Positions 63,073 to 64,000 of a stretch of 64,000 nt of DNA are shown piece after piece. Source of the DNA: Takakia lepidozioides. Taxonomy: Eukaryota; Plantae; Bryophyta. Made by a program: the position numbers and the translations under genes. The notes under the pieces were generated by a model. It was not told where the DNA came from. It ran no database searches and saw nothing but the letters and a program-made list of their open reading frames with translations. Position 1 is the first letter of the stretch; each line of letters opens with the position of its first letter. Location of the stretch: positions 5,146,001 to 5,210,000 of the forward strand of contig CM060732.1 of the NCBI GenBank assembly GCA_030704615.1, in the 5' to 3' direction.

Positions 63073-64000
63073 TAATTAATTGATTAAATAAACTAGAAAA
63101 ATAATATTAATTAAGGATAAAAAATTGGCTGGAAAAAAATTAAATCCTAATAATGAATTTTACTTTAAGATACATTCCTTCAAAATATACCATGAATATG
63201 TATTCCTCATTTAAAACAAGAATTAAACTAAGGACTCCTAGGGAAGCCATGGTCTCATCTGTAAACTGCCTCCATCGACTCCTGCATCTGGGCAGAGCTG
63301 CCCCCACAAGCTGGCGAGACGTCCGGACCCACTTCACGACATCTCCTGAGTTCAATCGCGAAATAAACTGGAAGCATATCAAAAATGCTTCAAAAGCCTC
63401 TCGGCCTCTCTACAGATGACCAAGTGATCGGGCCAAGTCAACGCCCTTATTAGGGTCATCTTTATGGTCTTAGCAGCAGTCCCATTGGTTCTCTCTTTGC
63501 TTTTTCATTAAGGAAGTCACGATTGTTCTTACTTGGTATGGTAATGTTCCTCCTCGGTTCTTGTGAATGTTCTTGGTCCGCCCTCTTGGAGAGGGGTTGG
63601 GTTCTTTATTCACTGACTACGGTGTGTGTGCCTTATGGCGTATCAGGGGTTTTAATTTTTTTTCCCCACCAATAATTGGCGTGACACTAATCCGTGGATT
63701 GAACCCACAACCACCTTTGAGGTGGTATGTGGCCATTACCACTAGGCTACAACTTGGTGGGGGCTGCTGCTGCAACTGCCTATTGCTCGTCCCCTCCACA
63801 CGTTGCAAAGACTAGGGCTTCGCGTTGCTCCGCACTACTAGCGACGACTTCTGAGAAGGACGTTTGGACGGATGGGCTATACTCGAGGATCATGAGAGAG
63901 AGTATGGATCCGATTGATGGGGGGAGGAGGGAGTTGGAGGGGTTTTCCATTGGTCGTCAATATTATTATGACTTCCGGACGGATGGCCATACTCGAGGAT

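Overview
Eukaryotic, intron-containing DNA made almost entirely of transposons and pseudogenes. It is most likely from a seed-free land plant (inferred from PLS/DYW PPR pseudogenes and a chromodomain Ty3/gypsy element); there are no prokaryotic operons, rRNA, tRNA or CRISPR. Layout: CACTA end (to 1201) sitting in an intron of an OSB-type PDF-motif gene remnant; a DUF7869-like transposon with an FCP1/NIF cargo gene and about 20 dispersed ACGGGAGnnCTCCCGT palindromes (2.1-9.1 kb), hit by a TTAA piggyBac-type MITE; a fold-back array of AAGTCGGnnCCGACTT palindromes (10.7-12.25 kb); a young full-length chromovirus (12827-19767, TSD GTGGT) inserted in a second NIF gene beside a CACTA transposase remnant; and a 500-N gap. 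The best candidate for an undescribed system follows: a large (>19 kb), rearranged Mutator-like (DDE+SWIM) element. It carries a spliced gene with a ParB/Srx-like domain fused to a beta-class amino-DNA-methyltransferase-like domain, a head-to-head pair of unknown paralogous genes, and about 50-60 helically phased 22-bp palindromes (GGAAATGCGGYRCCGCATTTCC). About 6.9 kb of it is duplicated almost exactly at 50.0-56.9 kb. The host background is a shattered cluster of genes that appear to fuse OSB-type PDF ssDNA-binding motifs to PLS-PPR(-E-DYW) arrays, plus a Harbinger remnant and more CACTA/hAT ends. All domain calls come from motif recognition by eye, not searches. Many frameshifts could be sequencing indels.
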